In this document: positions 1 through 10,439 of the stretch, in pieces
How the letters are laid out: every line of letters begins with the position of its first letter
Numbering within the stretch: position 1 is the stretch's first letter
DNA from: Vulcanimicrobiota bacterium
GTDB lineage: Bacteria > Vulcanimicrobiota > Vulcanimicrobiia > Vulcanimicrobiales > Vulcanimicrobiaceae
DNA: 32,881 nt
NCBI GenBank assembly: GCA_963723515.1
Contig: CAVRQT010000004.1
Coordinates: 1-32,881, forward strand
Direction: 5' to 3'
Program-made: the position numbers and the translations under genes
Notes under the pieces: generated by a model
Seen by the model: only the letters and a program-made list of their open reading frames with translations
What the model was told of the DNA's origin: nothing
Databases searched by the model: none

Positions 1-1155
1 TGGCCTGAATTCGTCAGCGCGTTACTGAACGCGTACCATCGTTTTCGGGCGACGGCGCTCGTCGGCATCGCGATCAACGTCGTGACGATCGGCACCGTGA
101 TCTTGATGTATCACCAGTATGGGATCTTCGCCCTCGTGCTCGGTACGACGCTGGGCCTGATCGCCCAATTGCTCGTCCAGTTGCCGTCTTTGATTTCAAT
201 CGGCAAGTATCGAATGCTGATCGATTTGCATCACCCGGGACTGCGGCGCGTCTGGATTTACCTCGGGCCGATCATCGTCGGATCCGCCGCCGGCCAAGCG
301 TCGCTCTTCTTCGACCGCTATTTCGCTTCGACGCTGACGCCGGGTTATATCGCCGGGATGAATTACGCGATGAAGCTCGTCAACTTTCCGCAACAAGTTT
401 TTGGGGCGGCGATCGCAACGGTGATCTTCCCGGCGCTCGCCAGCAGCTTCGCGCAGGCAAATCGCGGTGGAATCCGGCGCGATTTGACGATCGGATTGCG
501 AATGGTCAACCTGATCACGATTCCCTCGATGTTTTTGCTGATGATGCTGGCGTATCCGATCGTGCAGACGCTCTTCGAACGCGGCACTTTTCAAGCGAGC
601 GCGACGCAATTAACGGCGGGGTTGATGCCATATGGTGCGATGGGACTTGTCGCCCTAGCCGCCAACGTCGTCTTGACGCGAAGCTGTTTTGCGTGCGGAC
701 AAATCAGCTGGACCGTTGCGATCTCGATCTTTAGCGTCATGATCAACGTGATCTTGTCCCTCATTTGGCTCCCGACGCTCGGCGCAGTTGGTTTGCTGCT
801 GGCAAATGCGATCAGTCAAACGATTCAGATGACGATGCTGCTGGTTCTTGTATGGTGGGTCGTGCGCGGAATCGACTGGCGACCGCTCTTAATCTCGACG
901 GGCAAGGTGCTGTTTTGTTCCGCCGTCATGGTGGCGACGCTCCATTGGATTCAAGCGCTCGGCGTCAATCCGCCAACGATGGTCGCGCGCGCTTGGTTCC
1001 TCTTCGGCGAACTTTCGATTGCGGCGGCCGCATTTGTCGCCACAGCCCGCATCGTCAACGTTCAGGAACTCTCGCTTGCGTTCTCACTGATCGTGCAGAA
1101 GTTTGCGCGTGCCTTGCCGAGTCCGCCGGAGAATCGCGAAGCGCCAATCGCTTAA
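1..1155 (+). CDS. murJ: MurJ/MviN lipid II flippase (5'-truncated by window edge)
   Basis: Frame is open from base 1. MviN-type segments (SALLNAYHRF, DRYFASTL, NYAMKLVNFPQQVFGAAIATVIFPALA, TLFERGTF) and many TM helices. Confidence 0.9.
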   Translation, partial: WPEFVSALLNAYHRFRATALVGIAINVVTIGTVILMYHQYGIFALVLGTTLGLIAQLLVQLPSLISIGKYRMLIDLHHPGLRRVWIYLGPIIVGSAAGQASLFFDRYFASTLTPGYIAGMNYAMKLVNFPQQVFGAAIATVIFPALASSFAQANRGGIRRDLTIGLRMVNLITIPSMFLLMMLAYPIVQTLFERGTFQASATQLTAGLMPYGAMGLVALAANVVLTRSCFACGQISWTVAISIFSVMINVILSLIWLPTLGAVGLLLANAISQTIQMTMLLVLVWWVVRGIDWRPLLISTGKVLFCSAVMVATLHWIQALGVNPPTMVARAWFLFGELSIAAAAFVATARIVNVQELSLAFSLIVQKFARALPSPPENREAPIA

Positions 1156-1157
1156 TT

Positions 1158-1210
1158 GGGGGCCCGCCCGCGACACTTCGACAAGCTCAGTGCTTGGGCG
1201 TGGCGCGCGA
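1158..1210 (+). repeat. REP-like palindromic repeat (CTTCGACAAGCTCAG core), copy A
   Basis: GGGGGCCCGCCCGCGACACTTCGACAAGCTCAGTGCTTGGGCGTGGCGCGCGA directly after the murJ stop; nearly identical to the reverse complement of 26527-26577. Confidence 0.8.
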
Positions 1211-1263
1211 CATGCATCATTGTTTGAGTAGGATAACGCTTTCCGTCACTCGTAGGGTCTAGC

Positions 1264-2103
1264 GTGTTCACCGGAAAGCTTTCCGTCGTCATGCCGGCCT
1301 ACAACGAATCGGCATCGATCGTCAAGAACGTCGCTGAAGCAGTCAGCACGCTTTCGGGCTTCGGTTATGACTATGAAATCGTCGTTGTCGACGACGGCAG
1401 CGACGACGGCACGCATTCGCATGCGATGCAGATTGCCGCGCAGTATGGGCCGAGGGTGCGCGTCGTTCGATATGACGACAATCGCGGCAAAGGCGGCGCA
1501 TTAATTTGCGGCACGACGTATACGACCGGCGACTACATCGCGTTTCTCGACGCCGACATGGAGCTGCATCCGGAGCAGCTGCCGCTCTTCTTGGAGATTC
1601 TGCTTGCGCGTGGCGCAGACGTCGTCATCGGATCGAAGCGTCATCCACTCTCGAACGTGCACTATCCGCGTATCCGCCGTATCTATAGCGCCGGATATTT
1701 TGCGCTTGTTTGGCTCCTCTTCGGTTTGCCGCTGCGTGACACCCAGACAGGGCTCAAAGTCTTTCGGCGTCAGGTGCTGCAGGATGTTTTCCCGCGTGTG
1801 CTCGTCAAACGCTTTGCGTTCGATATCGAAGTGCTGGCCAACGCGCACCGCCTCGGCTACAAGATCGTCGATGCGCCGGTTACGCTTCGATTCAATCGCA
1901 AGTACGGGCGCATCACCTTCAACGACATTCGCACGATCGCGCTCGACACGCTTGCCATCTTCTACCGGCTGCGCCTGCGCCATTACTACGACCGCGTACC
2001 ATCCTGTTCACTCGCCGCGCTGCGCGAGCGAGTTGCTGCTCACGAGCTGACCTCCGAACGACAAGCCTCGGCTGAAAAAAAACACGCGACTGCTGCTCCT
2101 TAA
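1264..2103 (+). CDS. GT2 glycosyltransferase, dolichyl/polyprenyl-phosphate sugar synthase (DPG/DPM-synthase)-like
   Basis: SVVMPAYNE, VVDDGSDD, GKGGA, FLDAD (DxD), DTQTGLKVFRR, FAFDIEVL: typical of Dol-P-Glc synthase-like GT2. Confidence 0.88.
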   Translation: MFTGKLSVVMPAYNESASIVKNVAEAVSTLSGFGYDYEIVVVDDGSDDGTHSHAMQIAAQYGPRVRVVRYDDNRGKGGALICGTTYTTGDYIAFLDADMELHPEQLPLFLEILLARGADVVIGSKRHPLSNVHYPRIRRIYSAGYFALVWLLFGLPLRDTQTGLKVFRRQVLQDVFPRVLVKRFAFDIEVLANAHRLGYKIVDAPVTLRFNRKYGRITFNDIRTIALDTLAIFYRLRLRHYYDRVPSCSLAALRERVAAHELTSERQASAEKKHATAAP

Positions 2104-3194
2104 TTGGCGCGACCCGTGGCATCCGCAAGCCGGGGGTGCCGAGTTCTTGACGTGGCGCATCTGCGAGCGCCTGGCACGGCGCGGCTGGGGCGTGGAATGG
2201 TTCACGGCGCGCTACCCGAACGCGCTTGCGGAAGAAACGCGCGAAGACGTTCGTTTTGTGCGCGCCGGAAGCCAGATCAGCGTGCATTGGGAAGCGTTTC
2301 GCCGGTATCGCGCAGAGCGGCGCTTCGACTGCGTCGTGGAAGAGATCAATACCGTGCCCTTCCTTACGCCGCTGTACGTGCGCGCGCCAAAGGCGGCTTT
2401 TTTTTGCCAACTTGCCCGTGAAGTGTGGCATTATGAGGCGCCTCCGATGCTGCGTACGATCGGCTACTTCGCTGAACCGATCTACTTGCGGCCGTATCGA
2501 AGGCTGCCGCTCATCACGATCTCACCCTCGTCGGCGGGCAGTTTGCATGGCCTCGGAATGCGCGGACCGACCTACGTGCTTCCAATGGCCGTCGATGAGG
2601 TGCCGGTCGAGAGCGCGCCGCTGGCCGCCCCGTCGCAAGACATCATCGTGATCGCGCGTCTAACGCGCTCGAAGCGGGTCGAGCAGTGCATCGCTGCTGC
2701 GAGCGCGCTGATGACGAGCGGTTGGAGCGGCAAGCTGCATATCGTTGGCGACGGCAAAGCGAAGTATGTTGAATCGCTGAAGGACGCGTGCAGATGCCGT
2801 GGCTCAGGGACGCGTCGTCTTTCACGGCCGCGTCAGCGATGCACAGAGGCGCGCTTTGCTGATGCAGTCTGCGGTGTTGTGGGCGACGTCGGTTCGTGAA
2901 GGCTGGGGGCTCGTTGTCACTGAGGCGGCGCGTTGCGCCAAGCCGGCGGTCGTGTACGATGTTCCCGGACTGCGGGACGCGGTCGTCGACGGCGTCACGG
3001 GCTACGTCGTCGTTGCCGACCCGCACGCCTTAGCCGGCGCCACCCGCAAGCTGCTGAGCGAGCGCTATGGCGAACTCGCCGCAAACGCGTTAACACGCTC
3101 ACGTGCCTACACTTGGGATCGCACCGCCGATGCCTTCGAGTCGGCGCTGCTCGATACGATGCGCGGCCCAAACCGTATCGCCGCAGCATCCTAA
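2084..3194 (+). CDS. GT4 glycosyltransferase (NWRDxxHPxxGG subfamily); frameshift near 2795, start codon uncertain
   Basis: Frame reads RLLLLNWRDPWHPQAGGAEF from 2087; ORFs 2147..2899 and 2799..3194 join; EGWGLVVTE (Ex7E) and DVPGLRDAV motifs. Confidence 0.85.
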
Positions 3195-3219
3195 AGTGGT
3201 GCCCGACGCAAACGGAACG

Positions 3220-4050
3220 ATGCAAACCGAAGGTCCGCTCGTCAGCGTCCTGATTCCCACCAAGAACAGCGCCGCGCATTTAGAGGCATGCATCGCGAGC
3301 GTTCGAGCGCAGCGGTATTCGAACGTGGAGACGATCGTGATCGATAACGATTCAACGGATGCGACAGCCGAGATCGCAGGCGCGAAAGCGGATCTCGTCT
3401 TGCATGCCGGCAACGAACGATCGCAGCAGTTGAACGCCGGTGCTCGCCGGGCGCGCGGCAAGTATCTCTATCGGATCGATGCCGACTTCGTATTAGATCC
3501 CGAAGTGATCGGCGAAGCGGTTCGGCTCTGCGAAACCGGCGCGTACGACGCCGTCGCCGTTCACAACGATTCCGATCCGCGCGTCAGTTTTTGGGCGCAG
3601 GTGCGTAACTTCGAACGCTCGATGTACAAATACGACGCGACGATCGTCGGCGCGCGATTTTTTTCGAAAGATGCCTTTGAGGCAGTCGGCGGCTTCGATG
3701 AAGACTTGATCGCGGGCGAAGATTATGATATCCACAACCGGCTCTTAGCCGCCGGCTATCGAATCGGCCGAATCGCTCCTGCGGAGACGCACCTCGGCGA
3801 GCCGGCGTCGCTCCTGGAATTTGCCGCGAAGTCGTATTTTTACGGCCAGAGCATCGGTACGTTCGTGCGCAAGAGCGGCGCGCGAGGCTGGCGGCAAGTC
3901 AGTCCGGTTCGCACGGCGTTTTTTCGCCACTGGAAGGCGTTTGCCGAACATCCGGTGCTGGCGCTCGGACTGCTCGTCATGCAATTTGTGAAGTACACCT
4001 GCGGCGGCGCGGGATTTTTGGTCGCGCGAGCCCGAGCGGCGCGGCGCTAA
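3220..4050 (+). CDS. GT2 glycosyltransferase
   Basis: LVSVLIPTKN, IDNDSTD, RIDADF, VGGFDE, GEDYD. ATG at 3220; GTG at 3196 is an alternative start. Confidence 0.88.
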   Translation: MQTEGPLVSVLIPTKNSAAHLEACIASVRAQRYSNVETIVIDNDSTDATAEIAGAKADLVLHAGNERSQQLNAGARRARGKYLYRIDADFVLDPEVIGEAVRLCETGAYDAVAVHNDSDPRVSFWAQVRNFERSMYKYDATIVGARFFSKDAFEAVGGFDEDLIAGEDYDIHNRLLAAGYRIGRIAPAETHLGEPASLLEFAAKSYFYGQSIGTFVRKSGARGWRQVSPVRTAFFRHWKAFAEHPVLALGLLVMQFVKYTCGGAGFLVARARAARR

Positions 4051-4051
4051 G

Positions 4052-4787
4052 ATGGCGTTGCCTGCGCCGTTGCGGCGCGCGCTCGGAAAGATGTTCGAAC
4101 GCCGCGATCCGGGCCAATGAACGAGCTATCGTCGCGCTTGCCGCCGATGCGGCACGCGGGCCGCGTCGATCCGGCGCTGTGCGATTTGGGATGCGGCGAC
4201 GGACGACTGACTCAGGATGTCGCACAGGCAATCGGCGCCGGCAAGCGTTGTCGCCGTTGAAACGCATGCTCCGAATATCGACAGCGTACGCGAGCGAGGT
4301 TTTTCGGTCGAGCAATCCGACTTGAACTCGCGTTTGAATCTGCCGGACGATGCTTTTGACATCGTCCTCTCAAATCAGGTGATCGAGCACCTCTATGAAA
4401 CGGATGTTTTTCTGGAAGAAGTTTTTCGGATCACCAAGCCCGGCGGCAGCGCAATTGTATCGACCGAGAATGCGGCTAGCTGGCACAATATCGCATCGCT
4501 TGTTATTGGCTGGCAACCCTTCTCGTTGACGAACATCACTTCCAAAGAGGGCGGCGTTGGCAATCCGTTGGCGTTCTTCTCCGGTCAAGAGGGCGCGGTC
4601 TTTGCGATGCAACATCACCGCATACTTGCTCTGCGCGCACTCGTCGAAGTCATCAAGCTGCACGGTTTCGAGATCACCGCAATCCGGGGAGCGGGGTACT
4701 ATCCGCTGCCCGCAGCTGCTTGGGAACATCGATCGCCGCCACGCACATTTCATCACGGTTGCGGCACGCAAACCGGTGAAGGCGTGA
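4052..4787 (+). CDS. Class I SAM-dependent methyltransferase (several frameshifts)
   Basis: CDLGCGDG motif I at about 4180-4203 in an alternative frame, then FDIVLSNQVIEHL and ITKPGG; C-terminus HAHFITVAARKPVKA* ends at TGA 4787, overlapping the next GTG. Confidence 0.8.
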
Positions 4788-6635
4788 ACGTATTGTTGGG
4801 CCGATTCACCACGTGCCTTGCGGTCGTCATCTCGATCGCGATCGGATCCACTGCGCGCGCCGCGACGGTTTCAACGCTCGCCGGTTCAGGAAGCGCGGGT
4901 ATTAATGATGGAAGCGCAGCAACCGCGACGTTCTTACTACCGACGGGCGTCGCATGGGCACCGAACGGCGATCTGTACGTTGCGGATGCGGCTGCGCAGC
5001 GAATTCGTGTCGTGCGCCCCAACGGCGATGTTCGAACGATTGCCGGCTCGGGCAAACTCAGCGCCAACGGTCTTTGGGTCGAGGGCGGCTACGCGGATGG
5101 AACTGGTGGCGGAGCACGGTTCAATGAGCCAAGCGGGGTTGCGGTCGGTCCGCACGGCAGCATCTATGTTGCCGACACGTACAACCACTGCATCCGTGAA
5201 GTGACGCCGTCGGGCCGTGTCACGACCTTTGCCGGAAACGCATCTCGCCCGGGCGACGCGACAGGGGAGCGTCGGGACGCCGGCTTTATGCTTCCGCGGG
5301 CAATCTCCGCCGATCGCCTAGGAAATCTCTACATCGCCGATCCGTTGACCGGCATTCGACGAATCGGCACGGACGGTTTTGTGACGAACATCGAATTGCC
5401 GGTCAGCGCGCCTTACGGCATTTCGGTGGCGCCCTCCGCGCCGATGCTCTTCGTTACGAACGTCGTCGGCTTATGGGTCGTCGAACTCTCGAGCTTGCAA
5501 ACGCCCAATGTCGTTCGCGTCAGTCGTTTTTTCGCCGGCCCGCGGCGCTTCCTGACGCCCGACGAAATGCAGCCGCAGCCTGGAATCCAACTCGTCGCGG
5601 CCGAAGGCGAGCGTTCGATCGGCTATCCGTTTGCGCATTTCAGCGCTCGATACGCAAGGCGTCGTCTACACCGATTTGCGAACGCAAACCGTGCGCTATC
5701 TCGATACGACCTATCAGGAAACATCGGTCATCGGCGGTCAAGCGATCGAGGATGCCGCCAACTACGGCGGTGGCTTTGCGGACGGCCCGTCCACGCAATC
5801 GCGTTTCGATTCACCTATGGGCGTCGCGGCGCGGCGCGACGGCACAATCGCGGTCGCTGATTCCGGCAACAAACGCATCCGTCTCGTTCGCGGAATCGAC
5901 CGCAGCGAACCGTTGGATCCGAATGCGCAGATACTGCCGACGGGAAACTTCACGCCTTCGGATTACCGGATCGTCTATGTTGGCAATTCATTCGTTTGGT
6001 CAAACGCACATACGGCTGATTCGATCGGTGGCCAACTGCAGCGACGGCTAAATGATGATCGCGCACTTTCCGCGCTCGGCAAACGGGCGCGCGTTGTCAC
6101 GGTGCGCATGAGCTCGACGTTCACACCGCTGCAGCAATACCTGGCTACGCTCGCTGCCGCGCACGCCGCCGACGCCGTTGTCGTGCAGCTCAACACATTC
6201 TTTCCGGCTTTTACGTACGATGTGCCGCTCGGATCGAAAAATCTGATCGAGCAGGCGGAAAAGTGGCAAGCACCAATGCGCGCTCAGCTGCGCAAAATGA
6301 GCAACACATTAAAAAACGCCGGCATTCCGCTCTTGATCGTGAGCCATCCGCTCGGGGATGAAATCAGCCTTGCCGAGCAGCCGTATGCAACGTTGCAGTC
6401 ACCCATGGTTCATGCGCCGCCGAACGGACAGCTTGCGGCGCTTTTCAATGCGCCGGTTCGCGCCTCGGGTGCATCGTGGCTCGACATGTGGAGCGTCTTC
6501 GATTCCGACCTGCGTTCGAAGTCCCATAAGCCGCTGTTTCTCTCGATCGACGGTCACTTTACACCGCACGCGGACGACGTAATGGCAGCTGCGGTTGCGA
6601 AAGAACTCGAGCAGTTGCGTCCATGGAACAGGTAG
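4784..6635 (+). CDS. Secreted NHL-repeat beta-propeller + SGNH/GDSL-like domain protein, paralog 1 (frameshift near 5634)
   Basis: Signal peptide ending ARA, NHL repeats (PTGVAW..LYVAD, FNEPSGVAV..IYVADTYNHCIR, FDSPMGVA..VADSGNKRIR), C-terminal YVGNSF and IDGHF. Confidence 0.8.
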
Positions 6636-6695
6636 CACCGCAGGAAATCTGTAGCAGCCTCCCGCACGAGCGGCCCAGACAACCACTCTTTGAAC

Positions 6696-8073
6696 ATGAG
6701 ACCGGAGGCAACGGATTTGAAGAGCCGTGTTGGCCGCTCGCTCTATCTCGCGACAGTCATTTGTGCATGCTTGCTGGCATCGGGATGCGGCGGCGGAGGA
6801 GGCGGCGGTTCCGCCATCGCTCCCCGAAGCGCCGGCCAACCCGACGCCCCTGCCGTCACCGTCTCTCTCACCGCCACCGCCCGTTCCGTCACCCGGTGAA
6901 TGGCCTGAGCAGCGGCGAGACGATCAACGAACGGGCAACAATGCGTTGCAAACGACGATTACCAAAGCAAACGTCGGGACACTCAAAATCAAGTGGACGC
7001 AGAATTTCTTCGGGGAACGTGCGGAGCCGGTTGTCTCCAACGGTATCGTCTACATTGCCGATGTTGGCGGTTTCATCTATGCGTTCGATGAAAACACCGG
7101 CGCCATACGCTGGAAGTTCTTAGGAGCCGTTGGTGTGCCGTTCAAGGCCACGCCGGCAATCGTCAACGGCATTCTTTATGATGGAAGCGTCGGAAGCGGG
7201 CCCCGTGCCGGAGCGATGTATGCCGTCAATGCCTCAAGCGGCACACTGCTTTGGCAGCACAATTACAACGAGCCGTATCGTGCGTTGAACGGCTCTCCGA
7301 TCTTTGCCAACGGGCGCATTTTCGCCGGACGATCGACGAATAACGAGGCGGTCGATTGCGATGCAAACGGGCAACTCATGGCGTACGATCCGAGCACCGG
7401 AGTTGTTCTCGATCAGCTGAACTTGACGGCGCCGCCCGTGACTGGCGACGATATTTGGAGCGGCGCGATGGTCGACCCGAGCGGCGCACTGTACGTAGCG
7501 ACCGGTAACCCATGCGGCGCATTAAGTAACCATGCGGATGCGATCATCAAGCTCGGGAGCAAACCCCTTTCAGTCATTTGGACGACGCAAGCGAGCACGA
7601 CCGATAACGGTACACTTGATTACGATTACGGAGCGACGCCGCTTTACGTCAATGGCATGGTCGTCGACGGCAACAAGAACGGCAACCTGTATGCCTTTAA
7701 TCCGCTCACCGGAGCAGTCATCTGGGCGACGCAGTTGGGCAACGAAATGATCGCATCGCCCGCTTCTGACGGTTCGAAGATCTTCGCTACCGTCAATCAG
7801 GTTGGAATATTTGCGCTGGATATGGCAGGACACGTCATTTGGTCGGTGCACTCATCCGGAGAGACGCTGGCGCCGGTAGCCGTTTCGAACGGCATTGTCT
7901 TCGCAGCATACAACCAAGGCGTTTCGGCGTTGGATGCCGACACGGGCGCGGTCTTGTGGCGCTTCCAAGGTTCCCACAATATTCAGGACGGACCCACAAT
8001 CGTCAGCGGAGGGCTTTTCTTCGGTGAGTTCGATGGCCCGAGTTTCTATGCGTTTACGCCAAACGGCCAATAG
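6696..8073 (+). CDS. PQQ-like (BamB-type) beta-propeller lipoprotein with Gly tract and Pro/Ser/Thr linker (frameshift near 6823)
   Basis: LLASG-C lipobox followed by G7S, linker PANPTPLPSPSLSPPPPVPSP, repeated YAFDxxTGxxxW blades. Confidence 0.82.
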
Positions 8074-8074
8074 C

Positions 8075-9106
8075 GTGCGGCTTCCTGCACCGCTTGCGAT
8101 CGTTGCGATCGCGGTTGCCGCTTGCAGCGGCGGTGTTTCTTCATCACTTCCGGGCGCGCAGAAGCATGCGTTCAAGACCGACTACCAGCCGGCGTCTTTG
8201 CCGGGAGTCACATCGGAGTACACGCTCGTTACATTGGACGCTACGCCGCGCGGACTCGTTGTTGCGTCTGACGGCTCCATTGTCTTCGCCGAGGAATACG
8301 GGCACGCAATCGGACGAATTGTGCCGAACGGGGCGGTAAGTGAAACGCCGATCGCCGGCTTTCCCGCGGAGATAACGGTTGATTCAGCAGGCAACCTCTG
8401 GTTCACAGAACCGCTCCTGGCTGACAGCGTTGTGAAGGTGCAGCCGACGAATCAGACGACACGATATACGATTCCGGCGGTCGGTCCCGCTGAACCATTT
8501 CCGACGGGAATCGTCGCGCAGCCCGCGCCTTCGACGACCGTGTGGTTCACGAACCCCGGGACGAACACGATCGGAAGCATTGATGCTAACGGAAATATCG
8601 CGACGTTTCCCGCCGCCGGCTCCCCAAACGGAATCGTCATCGGCGCTGATAACGCGCTGTACTTCACCGAGGTCAACGGCGATGCGATCGGCCGCATGGA
8701 CTTGAGCGGCACTCTGACCAACCAATTCGCCGTTCCGACCAAGAACAATCTGCCCGGAGGGATTTCGCAAGGCCCGAGCGGTTCAATCTGGTTCACGGAA
8801 AGCGGTTGTCTCGTGAAAGGACCAACGGCGTGCGTAACCGGTAAGATTGGACGGCTGCAATCGGGAGCGATCGCGGAGTTCGACGCACAGAGCGATCCGC
8901 TAGCGATCGTGCTTGGAGATGACGGCAACCTCTGGTTCACGGCAACCTTCGCGAACAAGATCGGGCGCATCACGCCGGCGGGCGTCGTCACCCTTTTCCC
9001 GGTTCCGACGCCGAATAGTGAACCGTTTGACCTCGTCAAGGGCCCGAATCGCACCATTTGGTTTAGCGAGCGCGCCGCCGGAAAAATCGGCGTGCTTTCC
9101 TACTGA
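8075..9106 (+). CDS. Vgb-family (virginiamycin B lyase-like) beta-propeller lipoprotein
   Basis: GTG start, VAA-C lipobox (CSGG), repeats of PxGIxxGxDxxLWFTE...IGRI. Confidence 0.82.
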   Translation: MRLPAPLAIVAIAVAACSGGVSSSLPGAQKHAFKTDYQPASLPGVTSEYTLVTLDATPRGLVVASDGSIVFAEEYGHAIGRIVPNGAVSETPIAGFPAEITVDSAGNLWFTEPLLADSVVKVQPTNQTTRYTIPAVGPAEPFPTGIVAQPAPSTTVWFTNPGTNTIGSIDANGNIATFPAAGSPNGIVIGADNALYFTEVNGDAIGRMDLSGTLTNQFAVPTKNNLPGGISQGPSGSIWFTESGCLVKGPTACVTGKIGRLQSGAIAEFDAQSDPLAIVLGDDGNLWFTATFANKIGRITPAGVVTLFPVPTPNSEPFDLVKGPNRTIWFSERAAGKIGVLSY

Positions 9107-9115
9107 TCGCATCGA

Positions 9116-10364
9116 CTACGCGGGACTCGTGCTGATCGCTGCCGTCGGGGCGCTGACCTTTGCGACGTCTGCCAGCGTGTCGACAAGCCGCACTGCATTG
9201 CCGAAGCCGAATTGACGGCGCGCAAACGCTGCGACGTCCTCTCGCATTGCGTTGAGCTCGTCGCGCCGGGCGATCGAATCGCACAATCGCCTGGCGGATC
9301 CCGGAGGTCGTCGGCGGATACAATCGAGCGAACCGTGGCACGCCGAGAAAATCGCCTTCGACTTTCTCGCCCGCGTAAAGCGGATTCATCGTCTCATTTG
9401 ACGTGACGATCGGCAACCCGGAGAACATCGATTCCATCGTCACGAGTCCCGGGTAATCGACATCGACGCTGCCCCAAAAGCCGACGTCGCACACGTTGTG
9501 CAATTCGACGAGTTCCGCGGGCGGGATCGTGCCAAGGACGCGGATGTTCGGCTGCTGCGCGGCAAGCGTTTCAAGCGCCGGACGCAAGACGCCGTCGCCT
9601 GCGAAAAAGAAGACGGCGTTCGGCGCATCAAAATCTCGCAGCGCATCGATGATGCGGTCGACGTGCTTCGTATAGTCGAAGCGCCCTCCGAAGAAAAATG
9701 CCGTTTGCGCCGGTTCGACGCGCCACTTCGCCCGCAACTGCGCACGGCCGTCGAGCGGACGAAACGTTTGGGCGTCAATCCAATTGAAAATCGCATGGCA
9801 CTTCTTCGCGGCGACGCCGATTGCGATCGCGTCGCGCGTTTGCATCGCACAATTGCCGATCAAAGCGTCGGCTTGACCGTAAAATATTCGTGCCGCTTTC
9901 TTGATCGCCGGCGAAGATCGCTCGAACCGATAGGTGTATTGAAAATGCATCGCTAGCGGTGTCTTCGTCAGACGTTTCAGCACGATTCCGGCGACCCCAG
10001 CGATCGGGCCGCCGACGGCGTAGATCAAATCGTGATCGAATGATTTCGTGAGCCGCAACGCGGTGCGAACGATGCCGGTGGCCGTCGCGAGAAGAATCGC
10101 CGCACCTGCGATCGGATTGCGCGCCTCACGGTGTCGCCACAGCAGACGCTTGAGTGTCGGAGAGGCGAAATACTCGACGCGTACGCCCGGCGGCGGCACG
10201 ATCTTCGGCCCCTCGGGTTCCATCGTCGCGACATCGATCTGCAGGCCGCTGAATCGCTGACTCAATTCGAGCACCGACCGCATAAAGGAATCTGTTCCTC
10301 CGCCATGATCGACGGGAAGCACGCGCGCTGACGGCATATGACGGCTAACGACTAGAATGCGCAT
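9116..10364 (-). CDS. GT4 glycosyltransferase (frameshift near 9278)
   Basis: MRILVVSRH..GGG, GGRFDYTKHV, AGDG, DYPGLVTME (Dx7E variant of Ex7E). Corrected C-terminus (..MREDVAAFARRQFG..SPA*) stops at 9116. Confidence 0.85.
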
Positions 10365-10439
10365 CGCAACATGACGGGCAATGCGAGGTAAAGGGTCCGG
10401 CAACTTACCGCCGGAAAAGCGCTGCTCCTGAAGAGTTTC

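Noticed and set aside
4217..5860. Apparent methyltransferase-NHL fusion ORF
   Set aside because: A frameshift near 4715 bypasses the natural stop; a GTGA overlap at 4784-4787 and a signal peptide mark a separate gene.
6696..8073. Quinoprotein alcohol/methanol dehydrogenase or BamB ortholog
   Set aside because: Only generic propeller repeats; no vicinal Cys-Cys motif, shorter than those dehydrogenases, and no pqq, cytochrome or bam context.
8075..9106. Streptogramin B resistance gene (vgb)
   Set aside because: It is a lipoprotein, and the catalytic His motif of Vgb (EPHGI) reads EPFDL here; only the fold is shared.
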